From the NCBI GenBank assembly GCA_963727815.1, contig CAVSGV010000005.1, positions 101,348 to 165,347 on the forward strand: DNA of 64,000 nt. Reading direction: 5' to 3'. Shown here piece by piece: positions 1 to 10,679 of this stretch (its first letter is position 1; every line of letters begins with the position of its first letter). The DNA is from an uncultured bacterium. Its GTDB lineage: Bacteria > Margulisbacteria > WOR-1 > CAVSGV01. Both the position numbers and the translations under genes were made by a program. The notes below the pieces were generated by a model that worked only from the letters and a program-made list of their open reading frames with translations, made no database searches and had not been told where the DNA came from.

Positions 1-563
1 ACGGCGTAAGCATTGTCGGCGGCGATATCGTTTCATCGCCGAAGGCGCTGATCTTCACTCTCGCTCTTTACGGGACAGCGGGAAAAGTGGTGACTCGCGG
101 CGGCGCAAGAGTCGGCGATCAAGTTGCCGTTATCGGAAAAGTCGGAATGTCCGCTCTCGGATTGCAGGAACTAAAGAGCAAAGGCAGGCGCGGGAAGAAT
201 GTAAAAGCGCACTTGATGCCGCAACCGATGATGAGAGAGGGAATGAACGCGGCAAAGTACGCGACATCCATGATCGACAACAGCGACGGTCTTGCAAGAT
301 GTTTGATCGAGATCTGCAAGTCGAGCGGGGTCGGAGCGAAGATCGATATTGCGAGGATCCCGCTGGCAAAAGGGGCGACCCTTCATCAGGGCCTGGACGG
401 AGGAGAAGATTACAACCTGGTCTTGACCGCGCCGAAAGATCGGATCGGGAAGATCAAGGGCGCGAAGGTCATAGGCGAGATAATCCGGGAGAAGGACATC
501 GTGATGATCGGCGGAAACGGCAGAGCGAAATTATTGCAAGACAAAGGATTTGAACACTTTTGA
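1..563 (+). CDS. thiL: Thiamine-monophosphate kinase, 5' truncated by window edge
   Basis: Frame open from the window start (GVSIVGGDIV...). Contains AIRS-family ThiL motifs TRGGA.VGD, MIDNSDGL, GGEDYNLV. Confidence 0.9.
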   Translation, partial: GVSIVGGDIVSSPKALIFTLALYGTAGKVVTRGGARVGDQVAVIGKVGMSALGLQELKSKGRRGKNVKAHLMPQPMMREGMNAAKYATSMIDNSDGLARCLIEICKSSGVGAKIDIARIPLAKGATLHQGLDGGEDYNLVLTAPKDRIGKIKGAKVIGEIIREKDIVMIGGNGRAKLLQDKGFEHF

Positions 564-570
564 TGCAAAC

Positions 571-641
571 CAGGAAGCCTGAGACTAAACGTCTCGGCTT
601 CCTGATAAATAGGAAACCGCGAAGTTTATTCGCAGGTTTCC
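571..641. repeat. Two-hairpin palindromic element, copy 1
   Basis: caggaagcc-t-gagac-taaac-gtctc-ggcttcctg (571-604), then ggaaacc-gcgaa-gttta-ttcgc-a-ggtttcc (612-641). Second copy at 45088-45166. Confidence 0.9.
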
Positions 642-653
642 GTGGAGAAATAA

Positions 654-1784
654 ATGATAAATAAGCGGCGATTACTTCAAACTTTTATCAAATACGTAAA
701 GGTCAGCAGCCCTTCAAAGAAGGAATCGGGATTTCTAAGGCTGCTCAAAAAGGAATTGTCATCGCTCGGGCTGAAAACCATCGAAGACAACGCCGGCAAA
801 CACATCGGCGGCGACAGCGGCAATATCTATTCTTTTTTGAAAGGTAACGTCAAGGGAGCGCCGCGGATACTTCTTAATGCGCACATCGATACCGTTACGC
901 ATCAGGGAAATATAAAACCCAGAGTAAGGAATGGCATCGTGTACAGCGACGGGACCACGATACTCGGGGCTGACAACAAGGCGGGCGTCGCGGTCATCAT
1001 CGAAGTATTGAGATCGATAAGGTCGGACAAACTGCCTCACGGGGACATCGACATAATTTTCACTGTTGCGGAAGAGATAGGATTGTGCGGCTCGAAATTC
1101 ATCGAGAAAAAATTCCTGAGATCTGATTACGGATTTGTTCTCGACGGCGGCGACGTGGACGAGATCATTTATAAAGCGCCGTCGCAGGATTCGGTCGAAG
1201 CGAAGATCGTCGGAAGGGCCGCTCACGCCGGAGTCCATCCCGAAGACGGGATAAACGCCATCAAGGTGGCATCGGCCGCGATCGCAAAGATGAAACTGGG
1301 CAGGATCGATTTTGAAACGACGGCGAACATCGGTCTGATCGAAGGTGGTGTAGCGACCAACATCGTTCCCGAGACCGTAATTTTAAAAGGCGAGGCCAGG
1401 AGCCACGACCGCGACAAACTGAGGCGGCAGATAGTCCACATGGGACACGTCCTTTACGCGGCCTGCAGGAAATACGAGGCCAAACTTTTCTTCAACGTGA
1501 AACCCGCCTATCGATCTTTCGAAATACCGCAGCGTCACAAAGCTCTCGCAATCGCCAGGAAAGCCGCTCTGGATTCCGGACTGAAACCCAAGATAAAAGC
1601 CACCGGCGGAGGCAGCGACGCGAATTTCTTCGCGGCTTTCGGAATGCCGTGCCTCATTCTCGGCGTGGGCGCCGACAAGGTCCACACGAACAAGGAGAAC
1701 GTTTCTGTCAATGAAATGGCAAAGGGCGCGGAGCTCGTCATCAACATCATAAAGGAGAGCGTGAAATGCGCGAACGAACGGTAA
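654..1784 (+). CDS. M20 family peptidase (peptidase T-like/YqjE-like)
   Basis: AHIDTV, GADNKAG, EEIG, GGGSDAN, HT.KE metal-binding motifs. Confidence 0.9.
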   Translation: MINKRRLLQTFIKYVKVSSPSKKESGFLRLLKKELSSLGLKTIEDNAGKHIGGDSGNIYSFLKGNVKGAPRILLNAHIDTVTHQGNIKPRVRNGIVYSDGTTILGADNKAGVAVIIEVLRSIRSDKLPHGDIDIIFTVAEEIGLCGSKFIEKKFLRSDYGFVLDGGDVDEIIYKAPSQDSVEAKIVGRAAHAGVHPEDGINAIKVASAAIAKMKLGRIDFETTANIGLIEGGVATNIVPETVILKGEARSHDRDKLRRQIVHMGHVLYAACRKYEAKLFFNVKPAYRSFEIPQRHKALAIARKAALDSGLKPKIKATGGGSDANFFAAFGMPCLILGVGADKVHTNKENVSVNEMAKGAELVINIIKESVKCANER

Positions 1785-2296
1785 GATCGAAAATAATGCA
1801 CAAGGGCAGGATGCTGACGCTGAAGGACGTGACGGTAAAACTTTCGAACGGCGTGATATCAAAAAGGGAGATAGTTGAGCATCCCGGCGCAGTGGCTGTC
1901 ATCGCGGTGACCAAAGACAAAAAGATGATATTGATAAAACAATTCCGTAAATCCGCCGAAAAGGTGATGATCGAAATACCCGCCGGCCTAGTTCATAAAG
2001 GCGAGCGTGACATCGACGGGGCGAGGCGGGAGCTCATCGAAGAAACGGGATACACAGCCGGAAAGATCAAAAAAATATTCTGGGGATTCTCATCTCCCGG
2101 TTACAGCACGGAGATCCTCAAGTTCTTCCTGGCGACCGGACTGAAAAGATCTAACAAGCACGCCGCCGATTTCGACGAGATGATCACCACGGATTTCTAT
2201 CCGATCAGGAAATGTCTCCGGATGCTCAAGCAAGGAAAGATAAAGGATAACAAGACAGCGATCGGCATCCTTCTGGCGAATTTATGGATACATTAA
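1766..2296 (+). CDS. nudF: NUDIX hydrolase, ADP-ribose pyrophosphatase-like
   Basis: REIVEHPGAVAV, QFR, EIPAGL..GE....GARRELIEETG Nudix box. Confidence 0.85.
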   Translation: MRERTVRSKIMHKGRMLTLKDVTVKLSNGVISKREIVEHPGAVAVIAVTKDKKMILIKQFRKSAEKVMIEIPAGLVHKGERDIDGARRELIEETGYTAGKIKKIFWGFSSPGYSTEILKFFLATGLKRSNKHAADFDEMITTDFYPIRKCLRMLKQGKIKDNKTAIGILLANLWIH

Positions 2297-3144
2297 TAGA
2301 AGAGTTCCTTAATTTCCTGAAGTTCGAGCGCGGATACAGCGAGAATACTATCTCCGCGTACAAAAGGGACCTTCTTCATTTCCACGACCATCTCAAGAAG
2401 ATGAGGATCAGCTCCATCGAAACCGTTACAAGGACCATCGTCAGTTCTTTTGTCACGTCGCTGGTCGCGATGGGGCTTGAGGCGTCCAGCGTGGAGAGGC
2501 ACGTTGCCGCGGTGAAATCGTTCTTTGCATATCTGATAAGGGAGGGGAAGATAAAAGCCAACCCGACCTCCGACATCCGCCTGCCAAAAAAAAGCAAGAA
2601 ACTTCCCAAGGCGCTTTCAATGAACGAGGCCAAGATACTGGTCGAGACCCCGAAATCATCGCGCGACAAAGCCATCATGGAATTATTGTATGCGACAGGT
2701 CTCAGAGCGTCGGAGCTTATAGCTCTTTCTTTGAACGACGTGAACATGGACGTGGGTTTTGTCAAATGTTTCGGCAAGGGCGGGAAGGAAAGGATAGTTC
2801 CGGTTGGCGCTGCAGCAGTGGCCGCGCTCAAGGATTACATCGGCAAGGACAGGCCGAAGATCGAAGCTGATGTTCTTTTCCTCGACAACCACGGCAAACA
2901 TCTTACCAGACAGGGATTATGGTTTATCGTGAAAAAATATGTTAAATTGTCCGGAGTAAGAGGCAGCGCGACGACGCACACTCTGAGGCATTCGTTCGCG
3001 ACGCACCTGCTTGAGAAAGGCGCCGACCTGCGTTCCGTCCAGGAAATGCTGGGCCACAGCGACATTTCCACGACCCAGATATACACCAGCGTCAGCAGGG
3101 AGAGGCTGAAGAAAATATATCATTCGGCCCATCCGAGGGGATAA
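2284..3144 (+). CDS. xerD: Site-specific tyrosine recombinase XerD
   Basis: SENTISAYKRDL, LYATGLRASEL, GKGGKERIVP, HTLRHSFATHLL..GADLRSVQEMLGHSDISTTQIYT. Typical nudF-xerD context. Confidence 0.9.
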   Translation: MDTLIEEFLNFLKFERGYSENTISAYKRDLLHFHDHLKKMRISSIETVTRTIVSSFVTSLVAMGLEASSVERHVAAVKSFFAYLIREGKIKANPTSDIRLPKKSKKLPKALSMNEAKILVETPKSSRDKAIMELLYATGLRASELIALSLNDVNMDVGFVKCFGKGGKERIVPVGAAAVAALKDYIGKDRPKIEADVLFLDNHGKHLTRQGLWFIVKKYVKLSGVRGSATTHTLRHSFATHLLEKGADLRSVQEMLGHSDISTTQIYTSVSRERLKKIYHSAHPRG

Positions 3145-3145
3145 T

Positions 3146-3739
3146 ATGAGCTTAATGGGTTTTATATCGTTGCTTGTTCTTGTCGCGATAATCCTTGTCG
3201 TGATAACGGTGCATGAGTTCTCTCACGCGCTGGTGGCGGTCATGCTTGGCGACCCGACGCCCAGACTTGCGGGCCGACTGACGCTGAATCCGATAAAGCA
3301 CATCGATCCCATCGGCTTCCTCTGCCTGCTTCTGATAAGGTTCGGCTGGGCAAAGCCCGTGCCCATCAACCCGTATAATTTCAGCAATCCCGCGAGAGGA
3401 GAGATGCTGGTCTCATTTGCCGGGCCGCTCTCAAATTTTCTTCTGGCCTGGATAGCGGCGGTCGCTCTGAGATTCCTGCCGCCTCAGCTCGTCTTGAACG
3501 GCTACATGGTCTTCATTATGTCAAATTTCATATATATCAATCTGGCGCTGGCCGTTTTCAATCTTTTACCGATACCGCCGCTTGACGGGTCGCACATACT
3601 TGAGCCGTTCCTGCCGTACGAGGTGCGGAGGGTCTTTGAGCAGTATGGTTTCTTCATTTTGATATTCATATTGATATTTCCCCCGACATCCTATTTCCTG
3701 ATGGACTTCATCAGTTTCCTGTTCAAGCTGATCACATAA
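3146..3739 (+). CDS. Site-2 protease (M50 family)
   Basis: HEFSH, AGPLSN, FNLLPIPPLDG; multiple TM segments. Confidence 0.92.
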   Translation: MSLMGFISLLVLVAIILVVITVHEFSHALVAVMLGDPTPRLAGRLTLNPIKHIDPIGFLCLLLIRFGWAKPVPINPYNFSNPARGEMLVSFAGPLSNFLLAWIAAVALRFLPPQLVLNGYMVFIMSNFIYINLALAVFNLLPIPPLDGSHILEPFLPYEVRRVFEQYGFFILIFILIFPPTSYFLMDFISFLFKLIT

Positions 3740-4915
3740 ATGAAATACGCGAGCGCCATCAAATATCTTGAGAGCTTCCAGAAGCGGGGCATGAGGCTCG
3801 GTCTTGAAAGGACCGAGAACATTCTCTTTCAACTGGGTGATCCGCAGGACCGGTTTATTTCCGTCCACGTTGCCGGCACGAACGGGAAAGGCTCTGTAGC
3901 GGCGATGTTATCAGCGATCCTCACAAAAGCCGGATACAAAACAGGCCTCTACACTTCGCCTCATCTCGTCGATTACACCGAAAGGATAAGAGTTAACGAA
4001 AAGGACGTTTCCAGAGCGAAATTCGCGGGAGCGGTCAAAGAAGTAAAAAAAGCGATCGACAAACTTTCCCACAACGATCTGACCGAATTTGAAGTCCTGA
4101 CGGCGGCGGCATTCCTTCTGATGGCGAACGAAAAAGTTGATATCGCCATTATCGAGGTCGGGCTTGGCGGACGGCTTGATGCGACGAACGTCATCACGCC
4201 GATATTATCGGTCATCACCAACATCGATTACGACCACATGGACGTCCTGGGCAATTCGATATCCTCGATAGCAAAAGAAAAAGCCGGAATAATCAAGAGC
4301 GGCGTTCCGGTGGTCGTCGGCCCGACGAAAGGTCTCGATGTCATCAGGAAGATCGCAAAAGAAAAGAGATCGAAATTTATATCTGCCAAAACAGGAAGAT
4401 CGATCAAATCTCCACTCGAGGGGAAACATCAGATAATAAATACATCGATAGCATTGGCGGCGATCGATGAACTCCGTAAGAACGGATATGATATTAATCA
4501 TCGAGCTGTTGTTAATGGATTGGATTCGGTCCGATGGCCGGGACGATTACAAGTTGTCAGCCGTAAGCCGTTGATCATTCTCGACGGCGCCCACAACCCC
4601 GCCGGAGCAAAGGCTCTGGTATCATATCTTTCAAGTTATCATAAAAAGTTCACTTTCATCATCGGGATGCAGCGGAATAAGGATATCAAGGGATATATCA
4701 AGGTCATCAAGAATATCGCGGAGCGATTCTATGTTGTGAGGTCGACCAATCCCGGAGCTGTCGAAAAAGAAGAATTGGCAAAATTGATAGGACCAAAAGC
4801 TGTAATTGAAAAGGACATCAGGTCTGCTTTGAAAGCTGCTAAAGCTCAAAAGTCTCCGATATGTATCACCGGCTCGTTGTACCTTGTGGGGGATTATCTT
4901 AGCTCACGCATCTGA
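3740..4915 (+). CDS. folC: Folylpolyglutamate synthase/dihydrofolate synthase
   Basis: HVAGTNGKGS, YTSPHL...ERI, EVGLGGRLDATN, DGAHNP, ITGSLYLVG. Confidence 0.95.
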   Translation: MKYASAIKYLESFQKRGMRLGLERTENILFQLGDPQDRFISVHVAGTNGKGSVAAMLSAILTKAGYKTGLYTSPHLVDYTERIRVNEKDVSRAKFAGAVKEVKKAIDKLSHNDLTEFEVLTAAAFLLMANEKVDIAIIEVGLGGRLDATNVITPILSVITNIDYDHMDVLGNSISSIAKEKAGIIKSGVPVVVGPTKGLDVIRKIAKEKRSKFISAKTGRSIKSPLEGKHQIINTSIALAAIDELRKNGYDINHRAVVNGLDSVRWPGRLQVVSRKPLIILDGAHNPAGAKALVSYLSSYHKKFTFIIGMQRNKDIKGYIKVIKNIAERFYVVRSTNPGAVEKEELAKLIGPKAVIEKDIRSALKAAKAQKSPICITGSLYLVGDYLSSRI

Positions 4916-5018
4916 ATCCTGGCCCTCCTTTCCAAATTCCGGAAAAACTGAAATTCCCCAGTAGATGTGACGATAATCTAATGTTGCGTTGAACGGAGAT
5001 TATGAGGAGGAACGAAAA

Positions 5019-5624
5019 ATGATTGAAGCTAGCAAAGGGATATTAATGGTAAGCGCTGACGGCATGGCGATGGGCGGCATAGGGGAGAGCCGGATATGTT
5101 CTTTGCTGCAAGCCCTGGATAAACTGACGATAAAGACCTACCATTCGGGGATCTTTGATAACAGACTTCTTGCCGAAATGGACCTGCCGATGAGCGACGG
5201 CTCTTACAGAAAACATGCGGCTTTTCTTTTCAATTTTGTACTGGAGCGACAAACTTTGAATGACCATGGTTCGGTGCTGGTCCTTGGCGCCCAGCTGCAT
5301 TTGCAGCCCGGCAAGGGACATAATAGGATGACTGGAGCCGCTGATGCACTCCTGGTCCGAAAGGCGATATTTAATGGGGACAATGGATTTATCGCGAGGC
5401 TTGCTAAAGAGGTTCCCGGGCTTGTTTTTGGCGTCAGCAGGACAGTGCAGATAGAAAATAACTCTTCCGAATATTTGCTGAAATACGACGTGAGTCTTGG
5501 CGAAGATGCGCATGAACAGGTAAAAAAACCCACTGGCGGCAAACGTCTGCTGTTGTATAAGTTCACGCAGGAACACGACCTGGATTTCGCGTGCATCATC
5601 AAACCCAGGAAAGCATATAATTAA
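5019..5624 (+). CDS. Hypothetical soluble protein (ORFan-like)
   Basis: Open frame with SD gaggagg before ATG 5019; no recognisable motif. Confidence 0.65.
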   Translation: MIEASKGILMVSADGMAMGGIGESRICSLLQALDKLTIKTYHSGIFDNRLLAEMDLPMSDGSYRKHAAFLFNFVLERQTLNDHGSVLVLGAQLHLQPGKGHNRMTGAADALLVRKAIFNGDNGFIARLAKEVPGLVFGVSRTVQIENNSSEYLLKYDVSLGEDAHEQVKKPTGGKRLLLYKFTQEHDLDFACIIKPRKAYN

Positions 5625-5677
5625 AAAACAGGATCGTTTCACATAGGATCAAATGGTACAGTGCCTGTTTTTATATC

Positions 5678-5706
5678 TTGACGTAAACCCCGTTTTTCCG
5701 TATAAT
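5678..5706 (+). promoter_or_regulatory. Sigma70-type promoter for SPOR gene / mre operon
   Basis: TTGACG-17 nt-TATAAT; ATG only 10 nt after the -10. Confidence 0.85.
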
Positions 5707-5716
5707 TCCCCTTGAA

Positions 5717-6442
5717 ATGGGTGAAAGAAAAGATCTAAGGGACTTGCTCAGGGATACCGACTTCGCGCAAAAACGGATAATCGACGACCTGGCCAATTCA
5801 GACAACGAACCTTCTTATAATGAAAGGGGCGTTGCCGGCGATATCCGCAAATCCGAAGGAGGAGATTTCGTGAAGAACATTTTTGTGGGACTTCTCCTTG
5901 TCGCGATAGTTGTCGGAAGTTTCTGGATCTCTTTCCTCATCGGCAAAAAAGTGCTGGTCCCGCCGGTGAAGAACCTCCCAACGGCCGAGATGCCACTGCA
6001 GGCGCCCAGGCCCATATCCACTGCCGAACTTGAGAAAGCGACGCCCGTGAATGAAGAACCCCTTAACGAAGAGCCGGTCATCGCCCCGAAAGCAAAAGAG
6101 ATAAAGGCCATTGAAAAAAAGAACGGACTTCCCAGGCCGGTGGCCGCAAAGAAAGTGGCGGCAGCCAAAAAGCTCAAGAGCATCCGCAAATCACCCGTGA
6201 TAAAGACCGCAGGGTCAAAGGGCGCAAGATTCTACAAGATCATAGTCGGCAATTACAGGACGCCTACCGAAGCAAGCCAGCTTGTCTCCCAGCTTAAGAA
6301 AAGCGGGTTCGCTTCCTACGTAAGGAAGATAGGTTCAGATTATAGGGTGCAGGCCGGGGCATTCGCTTCTCAGGCGCAGGCTTCGCCAATTGTTTTAAAA
6401 TTGAAGAATAAGGGTTTTACCTCTGAAGTGATAGTAGAGTAA
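5717..6442 (+). CDS. SPOR-domain membrane-anchored protein
   Basis: Single TM, Pro/Lys-rich linker, C-terminal SPOR-like repeats (YKIIVGNY...EA...V.QLKKSGF; YRVQAGAF). Confidence 0.85.
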   Translation: MGERKDLRDLLRDTDFAQKRIIDDLANSDNEPSYNERGVAGDIRKSEGGDFVKNIFVGLLLVAIVVGSFWISFLIGKKVLVPPVKNLPTAEMPLQAPRPISTAELEKATPVNEEPLNEEPVIAPKAKEIKAIEKKNGLPRPVAAKKVAAAKKLKSIRKSPVIKTAGSKGARFYKIIVGNYRTPTEASQLVSQLKKSGFASYVRKIGSDYRVQAGAFASQAQASPIVLKLKNKGFTSEVIVE

Positions 6443-6469
6443 CTCCCTCAGAATATTCATTTCCCATAA

Positions 6470-7536
<1,067 letters not shown>

Positions 7537-7551
7537 CGCTGATAGGAAACC

Positions 7552-8373
7552 ATGTATTATCATGACGATGGAAGAAGGAAAAGCATTTATTTTTGGATAG
7601 TTGTCTTTTTCATCGTCATAGTCGCCCTTAATACTCCGGCCGCAAAAAAGTTCAGGCTTCTCCATGCGGCAAAGATCATTGCCAACGACGTCATTTTTCC
7701 TTTCAAGTATGCCGGCAACGCGGTATACAGCGGGACCACTTCGGGCGTTTACAATTTTTTCCGCCTGAAAGGCATCCAGAAGGAGAACGATATCCTGAAA
7801 GCCGAGATAGCTGAATACAGGGCGAAAGAAGTGCTTGTTGAGGATACCGCCCGGGAGAACGAAAGACTGAGGGACGCGCTTAATTTCCGGTCGAGAAGCT
7901 ACATTCCCGGACTCATCGCCGCAGAAATAATCGGGCGCAGCAGCAACAACTGGTTCGAGATGGTGGAGATAAACCGGGGTTCCGCGGATCATGTCTCCGC
8001 CGACAGCGCGGTCATAAATTCAGAAGGTCTGGTGGGGCGGGTCTTCGAGGTCTCACAGTTCTCATCAAAGGTCCTTCTGATAACGGACCCCACTTCCGCG
8101 ATATCGGTCATCGATTCTGAAACGGGGGACATGGGGATAGCGTCCGGAAATTCCATCGGTCCGGTGAAGATCAAATACATGTCGGCGACCGCGGCGCTGA
8201 AGATAGGCGACAAGATAATAACGTCGGGCATGAGCGACATATTCCCGAAAGGCATCCTGGTGGGTTACGTGCAGTCCGTCAACAAAAAGGATTACGACAT
8301 ATTCCAGAAAGTGGATGTCGGTCCGTCGGTAAACTTCTCCAGGCTCGACAAGATCTTCGTAGTAGCCAGGTAA
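7552..8373 (+). CDS. mreC: Rod shape-determining protein MreC
   Basis: N-terminal TM, coiled coil, GLVGRV, GDKIITSG..IFPKGI.VG; synteny. Confidence 0.93.
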   Translation: MYYHDDGRRKSIYFWIVVFFIVIVALNTPAAKKFRLLHAAKIIANDVIFPFKYAGNAVYSGTTSGVYNFFRLKGIQKENDILKAEIAEYRAKEVLVEDTARENERLRDALNFRSRSYIPGLIAAEIIGRSSNNWFEMVEINRGSADHVSADSAVINSEGLVGRVFEVSQFSSKVLLITDPTSAISVIDSETGDMGIASGNSIGPVKIKYMSATAALKIGDKIITSGMSDIFPKGILVGYVQSVNKKDYDIFQKVDVGPSVNFSRLDKIFVVAR

Positions 8374-8374
8374 T

Positions 8375-8860
8375 ATGAAAGCGCTAAAACTCATTCTAAT
8401 GCTGATCGGGGTATATCTTCTGCAGGTGATAGTCATATCCAGATTCACCGTTTTCGGCGTCAGGGCCGACCTGCCGCTCATCGTCACTACGCTTTTCGCC
8501 GTGACTTACGGGGCGGAACAGGGTTTCACGGCCGGATTCCTTTTCGGTTTCATCCAGGACATACTCGGCGGAGTTCTCTATATCAGCACGTTTTCCAGAG
8601 CGATCCTCGGGTTCCTTGTGGGGACTTTCAAGGAGAGCGTGCTCGGGACGGAAGAGACCATTGCCGTCTCCGCTGTCTTCGTCGCAACCGTCACGAACTT
8701 CCTTCTTGAGCTTGTCATACTTTTCTTCTTTTTTGGAAAGCCGCTTGCATCGCCGTTCGTTCTTATCGTCACGCTCATAATATCCTGCGTCTTCAACAGC
8801 GTGCTTGCTCCTCTGCTTTTCCCGGTCGTCAGAGCCGCCTCAAGAGCGGTGACAGACTAA
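8375..8860 (+). CDS. mreD: Rod shape-determining protein MreD
   Basis: Hydrophobic 161 aa, GFLFGFIQDIL; between mreC and pbp2. Confidence 0.88.
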   Translation: MKALKLILMLIGVYLLQVIVISRFTVFGVRADLPLIVTTLFAVTYGAEQGFTAGFLFGFIQDILGGVLYISTFSRAILGFLVGTFKESVLGTEETIAVSAVFVATVTNFLLELVILFFFFGKPLASPFVLIVTLIISCVFNSVLAPLLFPVVRAASRAVTD

Positions 8861-8861
8861 C

Positions 8862-10628
8862 ATGGACAGGGAAAAGCAGTCGCGTCTTTTTATTGCGGCG
8901 CTGTTCGTCGTCTTTGTTGTCCTTTTCGGCAGGCTGTGGCAGCTTCAAATACTCGAACATTCCACCTACTCGACGCTTTCAAAAGAGAATACTACCAGGA
9001 CCATCCCCATGCTCGCGCCCAGAGGGATAATATACGACAGGAACGGCAGGGTCATCGTGGCTAACAGGGCCATCTTTTCCGTTTATTTTTTCCCCAGCAG
9101 CGTCGATGATCCGGAAAAGCTTGATAACGTGCTTTCCATCGTCTCAAGGATAGTGGACATACCGAGCAGCCAGATAATGAAAAAGATCCAGGACAACCGC
9201 TCCAGGCCGTTCGAGCCCATCCTCGTTAAAGACGATCTCTCCATAAGGACCGTTACCGCGCTGGAAGAGCGCCAGCACAGTCTTACCGGCGTTGTCATCA
9301 ACGTAAGGCCGGTAAGATATTATCCTTACAAGAACCTCGCGGCCCAGGTTTTGGGCTACGTCGGCGAAATAACAAAAGAAGAGTTGAACGACCTGAGGGA
9401 CCAGGGATACAACCTTAAGGACATGATCGGCAAGGAAGGCGTGGAGGATACATACGATAAATACCTGCGCGGGACCGATGGAGGCCAGCAGCTTGAGATA
9501 GATGTCAACGGCAGGCCCGTCAGGACCGTGGGAGCGCAGGACCCGATCCCCGGAGCGGACATGAAATTGACCATCGACCTCGACCTGCAAAAACTTGTCG
9601 AAAAGAATTTGGAAGGAAAGAACGGCGCCGTCATCGTTATGGACCCGCGCAACGGGAATATCCTCGCGATGGCCAGCCACCCGAGCTACGACCCGAACAT
9701 TTTTGCCGCGCCTATGGACAACCGCGAATGGGCGCGCATGGACAAGGAAGGCCATCCTTTCCTTAACAGGGCGCTTTCAACTTATCCGCCGGGTTCAACT
9801 TTCAAGGCGATAAATCTTTCCGCCACTCTTCAGGAGGGCACCGCCACGCTTGACGACATCTTCGACTGCAAAGGTTATTTCATCCTCGGCAACAGGAGAG
9901 CGGATTGCTGGAAAAAGACGGGTCACGGCAAGCTCAATATACTCGAAGGCCTTGTCCAGTCGTGCGATGTGGTGTTCTACAATCTTGGGCTTTTGAACGG
10001 GCCGGCCATCCTGTCGAAGTATTCATGCGATTACGGGCTTGGCCAGCGTACCGGCATCGACCTTCCCGGAGAACTTGCAGGCCTTGTCCCCACGGAGGAA
10101 TGGAAGAAAAGGGTCTATCACGATGTCTGGGTCAAGGGAGATTCAATAAACTTCGGGATAGGGCAGGGCTTTCTTATGGTCACACCCATCCAGATGGCCA
10201 ACGTGTACGGCACCATCGCGACATCAAAACGTTTTGTCCCGCACGTTGTTTCGGAAATTGATTCGAGGGACGGCAGGGAGCTGTTCAAATATAAAATAAA
10301 GGAAATAGGCGAGATACCGATATCGCAGAAGAACGCGGAGCTATTGAGGAACACGCTGAGGGAAGTGGTAAGGCGCGGGACGGGCATAGCCGCTGAAGTG
10401 AAAGATATGCCTGCCGCCGGAAAGACCGGCACCGCTGAGAATCCCGGCAATCCGCACGCTTGGTTCATGTGCTTCGCGCCGAACACGGATCCCCAGATAG
10501 TCATAATATCGTTTGTCGAGCACGGCGAGCACGGCGACAGGGTAACAGCTTACATCGCCAGGGAAATATTGAAATGGTACAGGGACAACGTGTATCTGGT
10601 GAAAGGGAAAAAGGTAATTAGTGGTTGA
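8862..10628 (+). CDS. mrdA: Penicillin-binding protein 2
   Basis: APRGIIYDRNG, YPPGSTFK (SxxK), SCD (SxN-like), GKTGTAE. Confidence 0.95.
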   Translation: MDREKQSRLFIAALFVVFVVLFGRLWQLQILEHSTYSTLSKENTTRTIPMLAPRGIIYDRNGRVIVANRAIFSVYFFPSSVDDPEKLDNVLSIVSRIVDIPSSQIMKKIQDNRSRPFEPILVKDDLSIRTVTALEERQHSLTGVVINVRPVRYYPYKNLAAQVLGYVGEITKEELNDLRDQGYNLKDMIGKEGVEDTYDKYLRGTDGGQQLEIDVNGRPVRTVGAQDPIPGADMKLTIDLDLQKLVEKNLEGKNGAVIVMDPRNGNILAMASHPSYDPNIFAAPMDNREWARMDKEGHPFLNRALSTYPPGSTFKAINLSATLQEGTATLDDIFDCKGYFILGNRRADCWKKTGHGKLNILEGLVQSCDVVFYNLGLLNGPAILSKYSCDYGLGQRTGIDLPGELAGLVPTEEWKKRVYHDVWVKGDSINFGIGQGFLMVTPIQMANVYGTIATSKRFVPHVVSEIDSRDGRELFKYKIKEIGEIPISQKNAELLRNTLREVVRRGTGIAAEVKDMPAAGKTGTAENPGNPHAWFMCFAPNTDPQIVIISFVEHGEHGDRVTAYIAREILKWYRDNVYLVKGKKVISG

Positions 10629-10653
10629 GTGTTTCTTCCCCGTATGATATACT
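10625..10653 (+). promoter_or_regulatory. Sigma70-type promoter for rplY
   Basis: TTGAGT-17 nt-TATACT with extended -10 TG. Confidence 0.75.
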
Positions 10654-10679
10654 TTTGACTTGTGTTTTGAGGTAACGCA

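Noticed and set aside
2284-3144. Tyrosine recombinase as a prophage or island integrase
   Set aside because: The sequence and the nudF-xerD context match chromosomal XerD; no att site, tRNA or phage genes are nearby.
5624-5672. Intrinsic terminator (aaaaacagg/cctgttttt)
   Set aside because: The 9-bp arms are mostly A/T and separated by about 31 nt, too weak to call.
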